A stretch of 64,000 nt of DNA from an uncultured Candidatus Saccharibacteria bacterium (lineage in GTDB: Bacteria > Patescibacteriota > Minisyncoccia > Minisyncoccales > GWA2-38-27). This document shows positions 8,560 to 17,731 of this stretch, piece after piece. The notes beneath the pieces are model-generated. The model had not been told where the DNA came from. It worked only from the letters and a program-made list of their open reading frames with translations, and made no database searches. Position 1 is the stretch's first letter, and each line of letters starts with the position of its first letter. The DNA lies in contig CAYLWZ010000003.1 in assembly GCA_964387825.1 (NCBI GenBank), positions 2,267 through 66,266 of the forward strand, given 5' to 3'. The position numbers and the translations under genes are program-made.

Positions 8560-8618
8560 CCCCGTTAGAGATTCTGAGAACAGGGATAAATTAAAGAAAG
8601 AGAGTATCTCTAACAGGG
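8560..8618. terminator. Hairpin repeat family E (ccccgttagagat ... atctctaacaggg) between convergent ruvC and tyrS
   Basis: 12-13-bp stem. Loop start tctgagaacaggga is conserved with the copy at 11790-11848. Confidence 0.55.
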
Positions 8619-8639
8619 TAAATTATTTTTATGGCAATC

Positions 8640-9824
8640 TTATAGTAATTTGGCGAATCTTCTTCTGCCAACTTGCAATATCGTTCCTTTTTCGGGAATT
8701 ATAACTGCTTTCCAATCACTCTGAATTTTCCCGTCTATTTTTACTCCCTTCTGTAATATTAATCTTTTTGCTTCTGATTTTGAGACGGCTAATTTTGTTT
8801 CAACCAATAAGTTTAAAATGGAAATTTCTTTTTTCCCGGTCCTAAACGCCGGAATTTTTGAAGGCGTTTCTTTTTTCTTAAAAATCTTTTCAAATTCCTT
8901 CTCCGCTTTCTGAGCCGCTTTCTCTCCATGATAAATTTCAACGATTTTTTCAGCCAGCTCTATTTTTAAGTACTTCGGGTTCTTTTTGCTCTCTCTAATC
9001 TTTTTTATTTCAGGCAAAGAGGTGTTTGTAAGCAACTCAAAATAGTTAAAAATAAGATTGTCTGGAATAGACATAATTTTCCCGTACATCTCATCGGTAG
9101 AATCCTCAATCCAAACGCAATTACCGGATGTCTTGCTCATTTGTTTTCCGTCAATCCCGGTAATCATAGGAAAGGTCAAAACAAATTTTTCTTTATCTTC
9201 CATTTTTTTCTCCAGTTCTCTACCAATAAGCATATTAAAAACTTGGTCGGTTCCCCCTATTTCTAAATCAACGCCTAAATGGACGGAATCGTATCCTTGA
9301 AGCAAGGGATATAAAATTTCGTGGGTCCAAACCGTTCCTCCTTCTTTAATTCTTCTTCGGAAAGTGTCTCTTTGAAAAAGTTTTATTGCCGAAATATTGG
9401 AAGCAATATCAATAATGTCTTCCAATTTTAATTTTGAAAGCCATTCTCCGTTATATTTAATCTTTATTTTCGAAAAATCCAAAATTTTTGCCGCCTGTTT
9501 TTTCCAGGTTCTAATATTTCTCAGAATTTCCTCTTTAGAGATTTTCTTCCTCGCTTCTTTTTTTAAAGAAGGATCGCCGGCCAAAACTGTTCCTGTCCCA
9601 ACCACTAAAAAGGTTTCGCATCCTAAATCCGCGAACTCTTGAAGTTTCTTTAAGCCGATGGTGTGGCCAAGATGAAGCTTAGATGCCGTAGGGTCAATCC
9701 CAAAATAAAGCCGTATCCTCTTTTTTTGCATTATTTCTTTTAGTTCGGCTTTGCTGGGAAAAATTTGTTCTACCCCTTTTGTCAAAACTTCTTCAATTTT
9801 TTGAGATTTACTCTTTATTTCCAT
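8640..9824 (-). CDS. tyrS: Tyrosine--tRNA ligase
   Basis: HIGH motif (KLHLGHTIG), KMSKS motif (KMSKTSGN), C-terminal S4 RNA-binding domain (SKSEAKRLILQKGVKIDG). Confidence 0.88.
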   Translation of the reverse strand: MEIKSKSQKIEEVLTKGVEQIFPSKAELKEIMQKKRIRLYFGIDPTASKLHLGHTIGLKKLQEFADLGCETFLVVGTGTVLAGDPSLKKEARKKISKEEILRNIRTWKKQAAKILDFSKIKIKYNGEWLSKLKLEDIIDIASNISAIKLFQRDTFRRRIKEGGTVWTHEILYPLLQGYDSVHLGVDLEIGGTDQVFNMLIGRELEKKMEDKEKFVLTFPMITGIDGKQMSKTSGNCVWIEDSTDEMYGKIMSIPDNLIFNYFELLTNTSLPEIKKIRESKKNPKYLKIELAEKIVEIYHGEKAAQKAEKEFEKIFKKKETPSKIPAFRTGKKEISILNLLVETKLAVSKSEAKRLILQKGVKIDGKIQSDWKAVIIPEKGTILQVGRRRFAKLL

Positions 9825-9863
9825 ACATTTTTATCGTAGAATAAAAATATAAAATTGTAAACA

Positions 9864-11798
9864 ATGGCAGAAAGAATTTTTTATCGAAAAATTTATAAAA
9901 AAAAGAAAAGAAAAAAGATATTTATCCGAATTCTTATTTTTTTCAGCGTTTGCCTGTCGTTTTTTATTTTCTTCCCGCTGTCTGTATTTTTTTATTACGC
10001 CAAAGACCTTCCCCGGCCAGAGGATTTTAACGAAAGACAGCCCATACAATCAACTAAAATCTACGACCGGAGCGGTAAAGTCCTTCTTTACGAACTCTAT
10101 GGCGAGGAAAAAAGAGAAATTATTCCCTTTGACCAGATACCCGAACACCTAAAAGAGGCGGTAATCGCCACCGAAGACGCTAACTTTTACAGGCATTATG
10201 GAATAGATTTTGACGGAATTATTCGCGCTGTTAAACTTGATTTAAAAATAAGAAAATTAACTTACGGCGGTTCTACTATTTCCCAACAGCTTATCCGTTC
10301 CACTTTTCTAAGCACGGAAAAAACTGTGAAAAGAAAAATAAGAGAAATTATTTTAACTTTAGAATTAGAAAGACGCTATTCAAAAGAGCAGATTTTAGGA
10401 TGGTATTTAAACCAGGTTCCTTTTGGCCCCAACATTTACGGAGTTGAAACCGCATCAAAGACCTATTTTAATAAATCGGCTAAAGACATCTCTATAAGCG
10501 AAGCCGCTGTTCTGGCCGCATTAATTAAAGCTCCCAGTTATTATTCAAACAACGAACATAGGGACGAATTAATAGAGAGAAGAAACTATGTGCTTAAACG
10601 AATGGAACAGGAAGGATTCTTAAACCAAGAAGAATCTGAAAAAGCGGAAAAAGAAAAATTAATTCTTGCCGAAAATTTACAGTCAATTAAAGCGCCACAT
10701 TTCATTCTTTATATTGAAGAATATCTTTTCAAAGAATACGGCAAAGATTTTTTAGAACAAGGAGGATTTAAAATCTATACTTCTTTGAACTGGGACCTTC
10801 AGCAAATAGCGGAAAAAACCGTCAAAGAAGGAGCGGAAAGAAATAAAATGTATAATGCCTATAACGCCGCTTTAGTTGCGATTAATCCAAAAACCGGCGA
10901 AATCTTGGCTATGGTCGGTTCAAAGGACTGGTACGCTTCAGAATCGGAAGGATGCAATGAAAAAACAGGGAAATGCAAGTTTGACCCAAAAGTTAATGTT
11001 GTTACCTATAGAATAGGGCGACAACCCGGCTCTTCCTTTAAACCCTTTGTTTACGCCACCGCTTTCCAAAATGGATATGATGATAAATATATTGTTATTG
11101 ATGAAAAAACTAATTTTGGAATCTGGGGCGGGAAACCTTATGTTCCTGGAAACTATGACGGTAGATTCAGAGGACCGGTAACCTTAAGGCAGGCACTGGC
11201 TCAATCCTTAAACGTTCCTTCTGTTAAAGTATTGGTTTATCTGGCCGGTATATCAAAAAGCATAGAAAACGCTAAAAAATTCGGAATTACCACTTTAAGC
11301 AAACCCGATTCTTTTTACGGCCCTTCAATTGTTCTGGGAGGAGGAGAGGTTAGATTGCTTGATATGGTTTCTGCTTATAGCGTATTCCCAAACGAAGGAT
11401 TAAAAATTCCCCCCGTTTCTATATTAAAAATTGAGGACTCCAAAGGAAATATTATTGAAGAATCAAAAATAAATCCTAAAAGGGTCTTGGAAAAAGAACC
11501 AGCCCGGTTAATTAATGACATTCTTTCCGACAACAAAGCCCGAACGCCAATGTTTGGTAGCCATTCGCCTCTTTATTTTGAAAATTACGAGGTAGCCGCT
11601 AAAACAGGGACAACTGATAGTTTTCGCGACGCTTGGACTATTGGATACACGCCTTCCCTGACAGTAGGGGTCTGGGCGGGAAACAACGACAACAGTCCGA
11701 TGCGAGAATATCCGGCAGTAACTATAGCCGGGCATCTCTGGAAAATTTTTATGCTAAAAGCTCTCCCGAAATTTCCAAAAGAAAATTTACCCCGTTAG
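9864..11798 (+). CDS. Class A penicillin-binding protein (glycosyltransferase GT51 + transpeptidase)
   Basis: N-terminal TM helix. GT51 motifs EDANFYRHYGID and GGSTISQQL. Transpeptidase SSFKP (SxxK) and KTGTT. Confidence 0.9.
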   Translation: MAERIFYRKIYKKKKRKKIFIRILIFFSVCLSFFIFFPLSVFFYYAKDLPRPEDFNERQPIQSTKIYDRSGKVLLYELYGEEKREIIPFDQIPEHLKEAVIATEDANFYRHYGIDFDGIIRAVKLDLKIRKLTYGGSTISQQLIRSTFLSTEKTVKRKIREIILTLELERRYSKEQILGWYLNQVPFGPNIYGVETASKTYFNKSAKDISISEAAVLAALIKAPSYYSNNEHRDELIERRNYVLKRMEQEGFLNQEESEKAEKEKLILAENLQSIKAPHFILYIEEYLFKEYGKDFLEQGGFKIYTSLNWDLQQIAEKTVKEGAERNKMYNAYNAALVAINPKTGEILAMVGSKDWYASESEGCNEKTGKCKFDPKVNVVTYRIGRQPGSSFKPFVYATAFQNGYDDKYIVIDEKTNFGIWGGKPYVPGNYDGRFRGPVTLRQALAQSLNVPSVKVLVYLAGISKSIENAKKFGITTLSKPDSFYGPSIVLGGGEVRLLDMVSAYSVFPNEGLKIPPVSILKIEDSKGNIIEESKINPKRVLEKEPARLINDILSDNKARTPMFGSHSPLYFENYEVAAKTGTTDSFRDAWTIGYTPSLTVGVWAGNNDNSPMREYPAVTIAGHLWKIFMLKALPKFPKENLPR

Positions 11799-11848
11799 AG
11801 ATTCTGGGGACAGGAAGAAAAGATAAAAAAAGCAAATCTCTAACGGGG
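11790..11848. terminator. Hairpin repeat family E, second copy, overlapping the PBP stop codon
   Basis: ccccgttagagattctggggacagga...atctctaacgggg. The stop codon TAG of the PBP gene lies inside the left arm. Confidence 0.55.
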
Positions 11849-11965
11849 CTTACCCCCGTTAAATAGTTACGAAGCAAATTTAACTGGGCTTGCCCCGCGC
11901 TCTAATAATAATTTTTATTCTTGTTTCAACTATGATATAATGAAAAAATATGGCAATGTAATTTT

Positions 11966-12388
11966 ATGGCTAAATATTCAAAAGGACAACTCCAAGAGCT
12001 CTATGACGAACTTCCTGAGGAATTAAAAAAAGCTATTTTTTCAGGAAGAGTGTCTTACGATATTTATAATATCTGCAAGGAAAACGGTATAAAAAACGAA
12101 ATTAAAATATCGCAAATTTCTGAAGATATCGGCCATCTCTTTCTTGGATTGATTGCTCCTGAAGAATTCAAAAAAACATTAGAAAAAGAAATTGGATTGA
12201 AAAAAGAAACAGCCAAAAATGTTTATTTCGGAATAACAAAACTTATCTTTCTACCCTTAAAAAAGGAGTTGGAGGGGCTTTATAAAATAAAAATTGAAAT
12301 AGAAGAGGACCAAAAAACCGCTCAACTTAAAAAATCCTTAGAGAAAAAGTCGGTAAAAAAAGATGTTTACAGAGAACCAACCGAGTAG
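11966..12388 (+). CDS. Hypothetical protein
   Basis: Clean ORF with Lys/Glu-rich C-terminus; no motif recognised. Confidence 0.4.
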   Translation: MAKYSKGQLQELYDELPEELKKAIFSGRVSYDIYNICKENGIKNEIKISQISEDIGHLFLGLIAPEEFKKTLEKEIGLKKETAKNVYFGITKLIFLPLKKELEGLYKIKIEIEEDQKTAQLKKSLEKKSVKKDVYREPTE

Positions 12389-12416
12389 TTTGTAGTTTGT
12401 ATTTAGTATCTTGTAT
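12389..12416. repeat. Heptamer tandem array (tttgtag tttgtat ttagtat cttgtat), left flank of the four-helix-bundle gene
   Basis: Four 7-nt units. Its reverse complement matches the array at 12788-12808 in 19 of 21 positions. Confidence 0.7.
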
Positions 12417-12801
12417 TCGTGTGGAAAATAAAAAATCTAAAATTAAATCTTTTACCGATTTAAACACTTGGAAAAAAGGACATAAATTGGTCTTAACAAT
12501 TTATAAAATATCAGAAAAATTCCCGAATAAAGAAATGTTTGGATTAACAAGCCAAATGAGGCGTTCTGCTATTTCAATCACCTCTAATATCGCTGAGGGC
12601 TTTAGTAGAAATACCAATAAAGACAAATGCCAATTTTATTCCATATCACAAGGTTCATTAACTGAATTACAAAATCAATTATTAATTGCTCGGGATATTG
12701 GTTATTTAAAAAATGATGAATTTCAAAAAATTGCCGAACAAACAATCGTTATTAATAAACTAATAAACGGGCTAAAAAGAATAAAATATACAAAATACTA
12801 A
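12397..12801 (+). CDS. Four-helix-bundle protein (23S rRNA intervening-sequence protein family)
   Basis: Family signature TSQMRRSAISITSNIAEGFSR and SQGSLTELQNQL. The true start is probably GTG at 12421 (VENKKSKIKSFTDL..), because the listed N-terminus is translated heptamer repeat. Confidence 0.8.
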   Translation: MYLVSCIRVENKKSKIKSFTDLNTWKKGHKLVLTIYKISEKFPNKEMFGLTSQMRRSAISITSNIAEGFSRNTNKDKCQFYSISQGSLTELQNQLLIARDIGYLKNDEFQKIAEQTIVINKLINGLKRIKYTKY

Positions 12802-12808
12802 ATACAAG
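12788..12808. repeat. Heptamer tandem array (atacaaa atactaa atacaag), right flank of the four-helix-bundle gene
   Basis: Inverted partner of 12389-12416; overlaps the stop codon of the gene. Confidence 0.7.
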
Positions 12809-12811
12809 TTT

Positions 12812-13225
12812 ATGCAATTTACTATCCCTCAATTTATTGAAAAAGAACCAAAAATAATCGGGCCTTTTACTTTTAAACAATTTACTTTTATCGGCCTTGC
12901 CGGCGCTATTTGTATTTTTCTTTATTTTACGATTCCTATGTTCCTTTTCGTAATTGCCACAATAATTCTGTTAGGAGGAGCTCTCGCTTTGGCTCTTTTA
13001 AAAATTAAAAAAATTCCTTTGCCCGTTATTATAAAAAACTTTTTTATTTTTCTCTTCAAGCCAAAAATCTATCTCTGGGAAAGAAAAAACTTTATTTCTA
13101 AAATACTAAAAAAAGAAAAAAAAGTTAAAAAACTAAAAGAAACGATTAAAAAAGAATCTCCTTTAAAGCTCGCCTCAGGCGGAAAATTAAAAGAACTATT
13201 CTCTAAGTTAGAAACCAAAAAGTGA
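12812..13225 (+). CDS. PrgI/VirB3-like small membrane protein of a T4SS-like module
   Basis: N-terminal MQFTIPQFIEKEPKIIGPFTFKQFTFIG followed by two TM helices, as in PrgI-family proteins. Sits upstream of the VirB4-like ATPase. Confidence 0.55.
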   Translation: MQFTIPQFIEKEPKIIGPFTFKQFTFIGLAGAICIFLYFTIPMFLFVIATIILLGGALALALLKIKKIPLPVIIKNFFIFLFKPKIYLWERKNFISKILKKEKKVKKLKETIKKESPLKLASGGKLKELFSKLETKK

Positions 13226-13285
13226 ATTTTCAACAATAAGGTTCGTATCCTACGCCCTAAGATTTAGCAATATAGTAATGTATTT

Positions 13286-13915
13286 ATGCAAATTCCTACT
13301 CAAAACTTTTTAGAGTTTGACCAAATCAGAAACGGCGTTATTATCCTAAAAAACAAAGGATTGAGAATGATTCTAATGGTTTCTTCTTTAAATTTTGCTC
13401 TAAAATCAGAAGAAGAACAGAACGCTATTATATATCAATTCCAGAATTTTTTAAATTCTCTGGATTTTTCCTGCCAAATTCTCGTTCAATCAAGACAACT
13501 TAATATTACCGGCTATCTGGACAATCTGAAAAAAATTGAAGAAGGAGAAACAAACGAATTACTCCAAATACAAATCGGCGAATACAGAAAATTCATTAAC
13601 CAAATAATGACCGGCGGTTCGGTTATGCAAAAAACCTTTTATGTGATAGTTCCTTTTTCTGTTACGGAAATACGAACGACCCAAGGGAAAAAGAAATTAC
13701 CCGGCATTTCTAATATAACCGAGGAAGCTTTCCAAAGAGCAAAAACCCAGCTTCTTCAACGGGTAGAATTTGCCTCTTTAGGATTAAGGGCTTGCGGGCT
13801 CAAATCCGTTCCCTTAAATAACTTAGAGCTCATAGAGCTTTTTTGGGCGCTCTACCACCAATCAGAGGCAGAACAGGGTTATTATCCCGAGTTCCCGCCG
13901 GAATTAAGCAGATAA
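13286..13915 (+). CDS. Hypothetical protein, T4SS-module associated by position
   Basis: Lies between the PrgI-like and VirB4-like genes in the same orientation; no motif recognised. Confidence 0.4.
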   Translation: MQIPTQNFLEFDQIRNGVIILKNKGLRMILMVSSLNFALKSEEEQNAIIYQFQNFLNSLDFSCQILVQSRQLNITGYLDNLKKIEEGETNELLQIQIGEYRKFINQIMTGGSVMQKTFYVIVPFSVTEIRTTQGKKKLPGISNITEEAFQRAKTQLLQRVEFASLGLRACGLKSVPLNNLELIELFWALYHQSEAEQGYYPEFPPELSR

Positions 13916-13932
13916 CATAAGGTTAAGTATTT

Positions 13933-16900
13933 ATGAAAATTTCTTTGTTTGATATTTTTAAAAAAAAGGCGAAAATTTCCGAAGAACCTTTTCAAAAAGA
14001 GCCATTAAGGATCGCTGATATTGTTTCTCCTTCTTATATTGAGGTCAAACAAAATTACATCAAGATGGGAGAAAGCTTTACTAAAAGTTACTTCGTTTTT
14101 TCTTATCCAAGATATTTAAATACCGGCTGGCTCTCCCCGATAATCAATCTCAATATACCGATGGATATTTCTTTCTATTTTCATCCGGTCTCCAGTGAAA
14201 AAATTTTAAAAAAATTGAGAAAAAGAGTCACCGAGGTTCAAGCTGAGTTATCAGAAAGAGAAGAAAAAGGATTAATTAAAGACCCGACATTGGAAACCGC
14301 CTTTCAGGACTTAGAAGAACTTAGAAATAAACTCCAAACTGCCCAAGAAAGAATGTTCCATTTCAGTTTATATATCACAGTTTACAGTAAAACAGAAAAA
14401 AAATTAGACGACATAGAAACTAGTTTGAGGTCTATATTGGAATCCCGTTTGATTTATATTAAACCGGCCCTTTATCAGCAGAAAGAAGGATTTACCTGCA
14501 CCTCTCCTTATAATCTGGACGTCCTAACAGTTTCTAACTTGATGAATACCGCTCCTCTTTCAAGCACTTTTCCTTTTGTTTCCCCTGATTTAAGCTCAAA
14601 CGAAGGGATTCTTTACGGAATCAATAAGCATAACAATTCCCTTGTTTTATTTGACCGTTTTACTTTGCCTAACGCCAATTCGGTAATTTTTGCCACTTCC
14701 GGCGCCGGGAAAAGCGTAAGAGGAGACAGTCCTGTTTTGATAAAAGATAAAAAAGGGGAAATTCAACTTACGAAAATCGGCTCCTTAATTGAAAATACAA
14801 TAAAAAAACAGGGACTTGTTCAAATTGACGAAGAATTAGAAGGAACAATTAATCCGAAAATTAAAGTTTTTAGCTTTAATAAAAACTTTAAAGGAGAATG
14901 GTCTAAAGTAACCGTAGCCGCCAGAAAAAAAGCGCCTAATTTTTTCTATGAAATTAAGACCAAAAGCGGCAGAGAAATTACTGCTACTGCCGACCATAAT
15001 ATATTAATTTTTAAAAACGGAAAAATAATTGCCGCTAAAAGTTCTGAAATAAAAAAAGGAGATCATATTCCTCTGCCCCGGAAAATATCTATTAGCCAAA
15101 AACCGTTAAAATATTTAAATCTGTTAAATCTTCTTAAAAATTCAAAAAAAGTTTACATAATCGGCGCGGAAAATTTTCTAAAAAGAAATTATGGAATTCT
15201 CAAGAAGGTTATTATAGACGAAAAATACGACCGCTATCTTTATCGGTATCGCGACAGCCGGCCTGTTCCTATTCAGTATTTTTGGAAAATTTTGAATCTT
15301 CTTAAAATTGATTTTAAAAATCCTGATTTTAAAAATTTGAAAGTTACTTCAAAAAACGGGAAAAGGCAATATTCGTTGCCCGTTAATTTTCCAGTCACGA
15401 CGGCGCTTTTAAAAATCTTGGGGTTTATTGTCGCCGAAGGAACGACAAAAGACAAAATTATTATAATAAGCAACACAAATTCCGAGTTTCTCCAAGGCGC
15501 TAAGTCTGCCTTTGATTCCTTAGGCATCCCTTCTTTTTATATAGACCGAGGCGTTAACAGCGCCAGCCGGGTATTTATAGAGACGGTCAAAACTCTTGGA
15601 GGTTTTGGAAAATCCAAACAAAAAAAAGTTTGTCCTTTTATTTTTAATTTAGAGAAAAGACAAATTGCCTCATATTTGTCGGCTTACTTTGAAGGAAACG
15701 GGGGAGTGGAAAACCACGAAATAACGGCTTGCTCGAAATCTAAAAAATTGATTTCAGAGATTTCTTATCTCCTATATTATTTCGGCATTATTGCCAGAAT
15801 TTCCAAGATTAAAAAGAAAACTCCTTACTGGGAACATAAAAAATCTTATTATAAATTAGTAATTTCAGGGCAAGATAATTTAAAAAAATTTATTAGCGAT
15901 ATTAATTTTATTTCAAAAGAAAAAGAAGATAAGCTTAAACAGACCGTTAAAAAACAAGGAAATACCAATGTTGATGTTGTTCCCGGAATACAAAGCATTT
16001 TTAGAGAAATTCAACAATTGTTTGGTTTTCAGTTATATGATATAAAAAATTTCCGGGCGCTAAAAAACGGGACGTTTAACCCTTCTCCCGAATTGCTTAA
16101 AATAATAATACTGAAAATCAAAGAAAGAGTGCAATACTTTAAAGATTTGACTTCTACTTTTGGGATTTTAAGCAAACTTCCTGAATTATCTGAAATCGTC
16201 AATCTTGGCAAAAACAATAAAGAGTTAAATAGAAAATTATGGCAAACATTAGGACAAAGCTGGCGAGTAATGAAAAACGAAGAAGTAAGACCGGGTTCTA
16301 TTAATGCCTTCAGGGCAATTGAAACTATCTCAGGCGAAAAATATCAACTCCAAGAAATTAAAGAAGTAATTCATTCAGGATTTAAAGAAACAGGATTGGC
16401 AATAAAATACCTTAACCGTTCCTTACAACCTGCCCTAACTTATCGTTTCCAAAACAACACCGATTATAAAATGATACAAACTGCGGCTCAATTTATCTGG
16501 CAAAATTACCAAAAAATACTGAATAACGGAATTCCCCAAGTTGAAAAAAAATTAGAGCAACTCAAAGCATTGGCCGAATCTAACCTTTTTTGGGACCCAA
16601 TTATAAAAATTAAAAAAATTAAGAATAAAAAAGAAAAATATGTCTACGATTTAACCGTTGACAACGAGGTCTTTCTAACAGGCGAAGGGGGAATGTTTGT
16701 CCATAATTCTTATACGGTTAAATTAGAAGCGCTGAGATATTTGATGTTGAATATAGATTGTATAATCATAGACCCGGAGAATGAATATAAATTTCTGGTT
16801 GACGCGGTTGGCGGCTCTTTCTTTAATGTTTCTTTGGCTTCCCCCAGCCATATTAATCCTTTTGATTTGCCCTCTCCAAGAGAAGACGAAAAGCCAGAAG

Positions 16901-17730
16901 ACGTTTTGAGGTCAAATATTATTAATTTAGTGGGATTAACGAGAATTATGCTTGGAGGGCTCACTCCAGAGGAGGACGGCATTATGGACCGGGCAATTAC
17001 AGAAACCTACGCCGCAAAAGACATTACTACGGAAAGCGACTCAAAATTCTGGGGCAAAGAACTTCCTTTCCCCATAATGTCGGACTTAGAAGAAGTCCTC
17101 TCGGGAATGGAGGGAACCGAATCTTTAATCAAACGGCTCCAAAGATTTACCAAAGGAGTTTATTCTAGTTTTTTCAACCAACCTTCTAATATTAACATCA
17201 GTAAAAGATTGGTTGTATTCGGCATCCGCGATATGGAAGACGAACTCCGGCCAATGGCTCTTTTTATAATTTTAAGATACATTTGGAAAACAGTTACTTC
17301 AAAAGCAAAGAAAAGATTATTAATTGTTGACGAGGCATGGTGGATGATGCAAAACGAAGACAGCGCTTCTTTTCTTTTTGGAACAGTAAAAAGAGCGAGA
17401 AAATACTGGCTCGGAGTAACCACTATTACTCAAGACGTCAACGATTTTATGAAGTCAAAATACGGCCAGCCGATAATCACCAATTCTTCTTTAGCCGTTT
17501 TATTAAAACAAAATGCAGCTACCATAGAAACGGTTAAAAAAACCTTTAACTTAACCGATGAAGAAAAAATGACTCTATTGGACACACCGGTAGGAGAAGG
17601 GATATTCTTCGCCGGAACAAAGCATGTTCTAATTAAAGTTGTGGCTTCTTACGCCGAAGACCAAATAATTACTACTTCCCCCGGAGAAATAGCTAAAATA
17701 AAAGAAGCGAAAAAAGAATTAGGAGATTAA
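13933..17730 (+). CDS. VirB4/TraC-like type IV secretion ATPase, interrupted by an intein
   Basis: Walker A FATSGAGK|S is split. After removal of 14713-16707 it reads ..SGAGKSYTVKLEALRYL... Walker B LLIVDEAWWMM. About 600 aa of extein, the usual VirB4 size range. Confidence 0.8.
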   Translation: MKISLFDIFKKKAKISEEPFQKEPLRIADIVSPSYIEVKQNYIKMGESFTKSYFVFSYPRYLNTGWLSPIINLNIPMDISFYFHPVSSEKILKKLRKRVTEVQAELSEREEKGLIKDPTLETAFQDLEELRNKLQTAQERMFHFSLYITVYSKTEKKLDDIETSLRSILESRLIYIKPALYQQKEGFTCTSPYNLDVLTVSNLMNTAPLSSTFPFVSPDLSSNEGILYGINKHNNSLVLFDRFTLPNANSVIFATSGAGKSVRGDSPVLIKDKKGEIQLTKIGSLIENTIKKQGLVQIDEELEGTINPKIKVFSFNKNFKGEWSKVTVAARKKAPNFFYEIKTKSGREITATADHNILIFKNGKIIAAKSSEIKKGDHIPLPRKISISQKPLKYLNLLNLLKNSKKVYIIGAENFLKRNYGILKKVIIDEKYDRYLYRYRDSRPVPIQYFWKILNLLKIDFKNPDFKNLKVTSKNGKRQYSLPVNFPVTTALLKILGFIVAEGTTKDKIIIISNTNSEFLQGAKSAFDSLGIPSFYIDRGVNSASRVFIETVKTLGGFGKSKQKKVCPFIFNLEKRQIASYLSAYFEGNGGVENHEITACSKSKKLISEISYLLYYFGIIARISKIKKKTPYWEHKKSYYKLVISGQDNLKKFISDINFISKEKEDKLKQTVKKQGNTNVDVVPGIQSIFREIQQLFGFQLYDIKNFRALKNGTFNPSPELLKIIILKIKERVQYFKDLTSTFGILSKLPELSEIVNLGKNNKELNRKLWQTLGQSWRVMKNEEVRPGSINAFRAIETISGEKYQLQEIKEVIHSGFKETGLAIKYLNRSLQPALTYRFQNNTDYKMIQTAAQFIWQNYQKILNNGIPQVEKKLEQLKALAESNLFWDPIIKIKKIKNKKEKYVYDLTVDNEVFLTGEGGMFVHNSYTVKLEALRYLMLNIDCIIIDPENEYKFLVDAVGGSFFNVSLASPSHINPFDLPSPREDEKPEDVLRSNIINLVGLTRIMLGGLTPEEDGIMDRAITETYAAKDITTESDSKFWGKELPFPIMSDLEEVLSGMEGTESLIKRLQRFTKGVYSSFFNQPSNINISKRLVVFGIRDMEDELRPMALFIILRYIWKTVTSKAKKRLLIVDEAWWMMQNEDSASFLFGTVKRARKYWLGVTTITQDVNDFMKSKYGQPIITNSSLAVLLKQNAATIETVKKTFNLTDEEKMTLLDTPVGEGIFFAGTKHVLIKVVASYAEDQIITTSPGEIAKIKEAKKELGD
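14713..16707 (+). mobile_element. Intein (665 aa) with LAGLIDADG homing-endonuclease domain, inserted in the VirB4 P-loop
   Basis: N-terminal splicing block SVRGDSPVLI, block B TxxH (TADH), LAGLIDADG motifs LGFIVAEGT and YLSAYFEGNGG, block F YVYDLTVDNEVFLT, terminal FVHN followed by +1 Ser. Confidence 0.85.
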
Positions 17731-17731
17731 T

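Noticed and set aside
9825-9863. T-box or other leader upstream of tyrS
   Set aside because: Only 39 nt separate the divergent tyrS and PBP start codons, which is too short for a T-box riboswitch.
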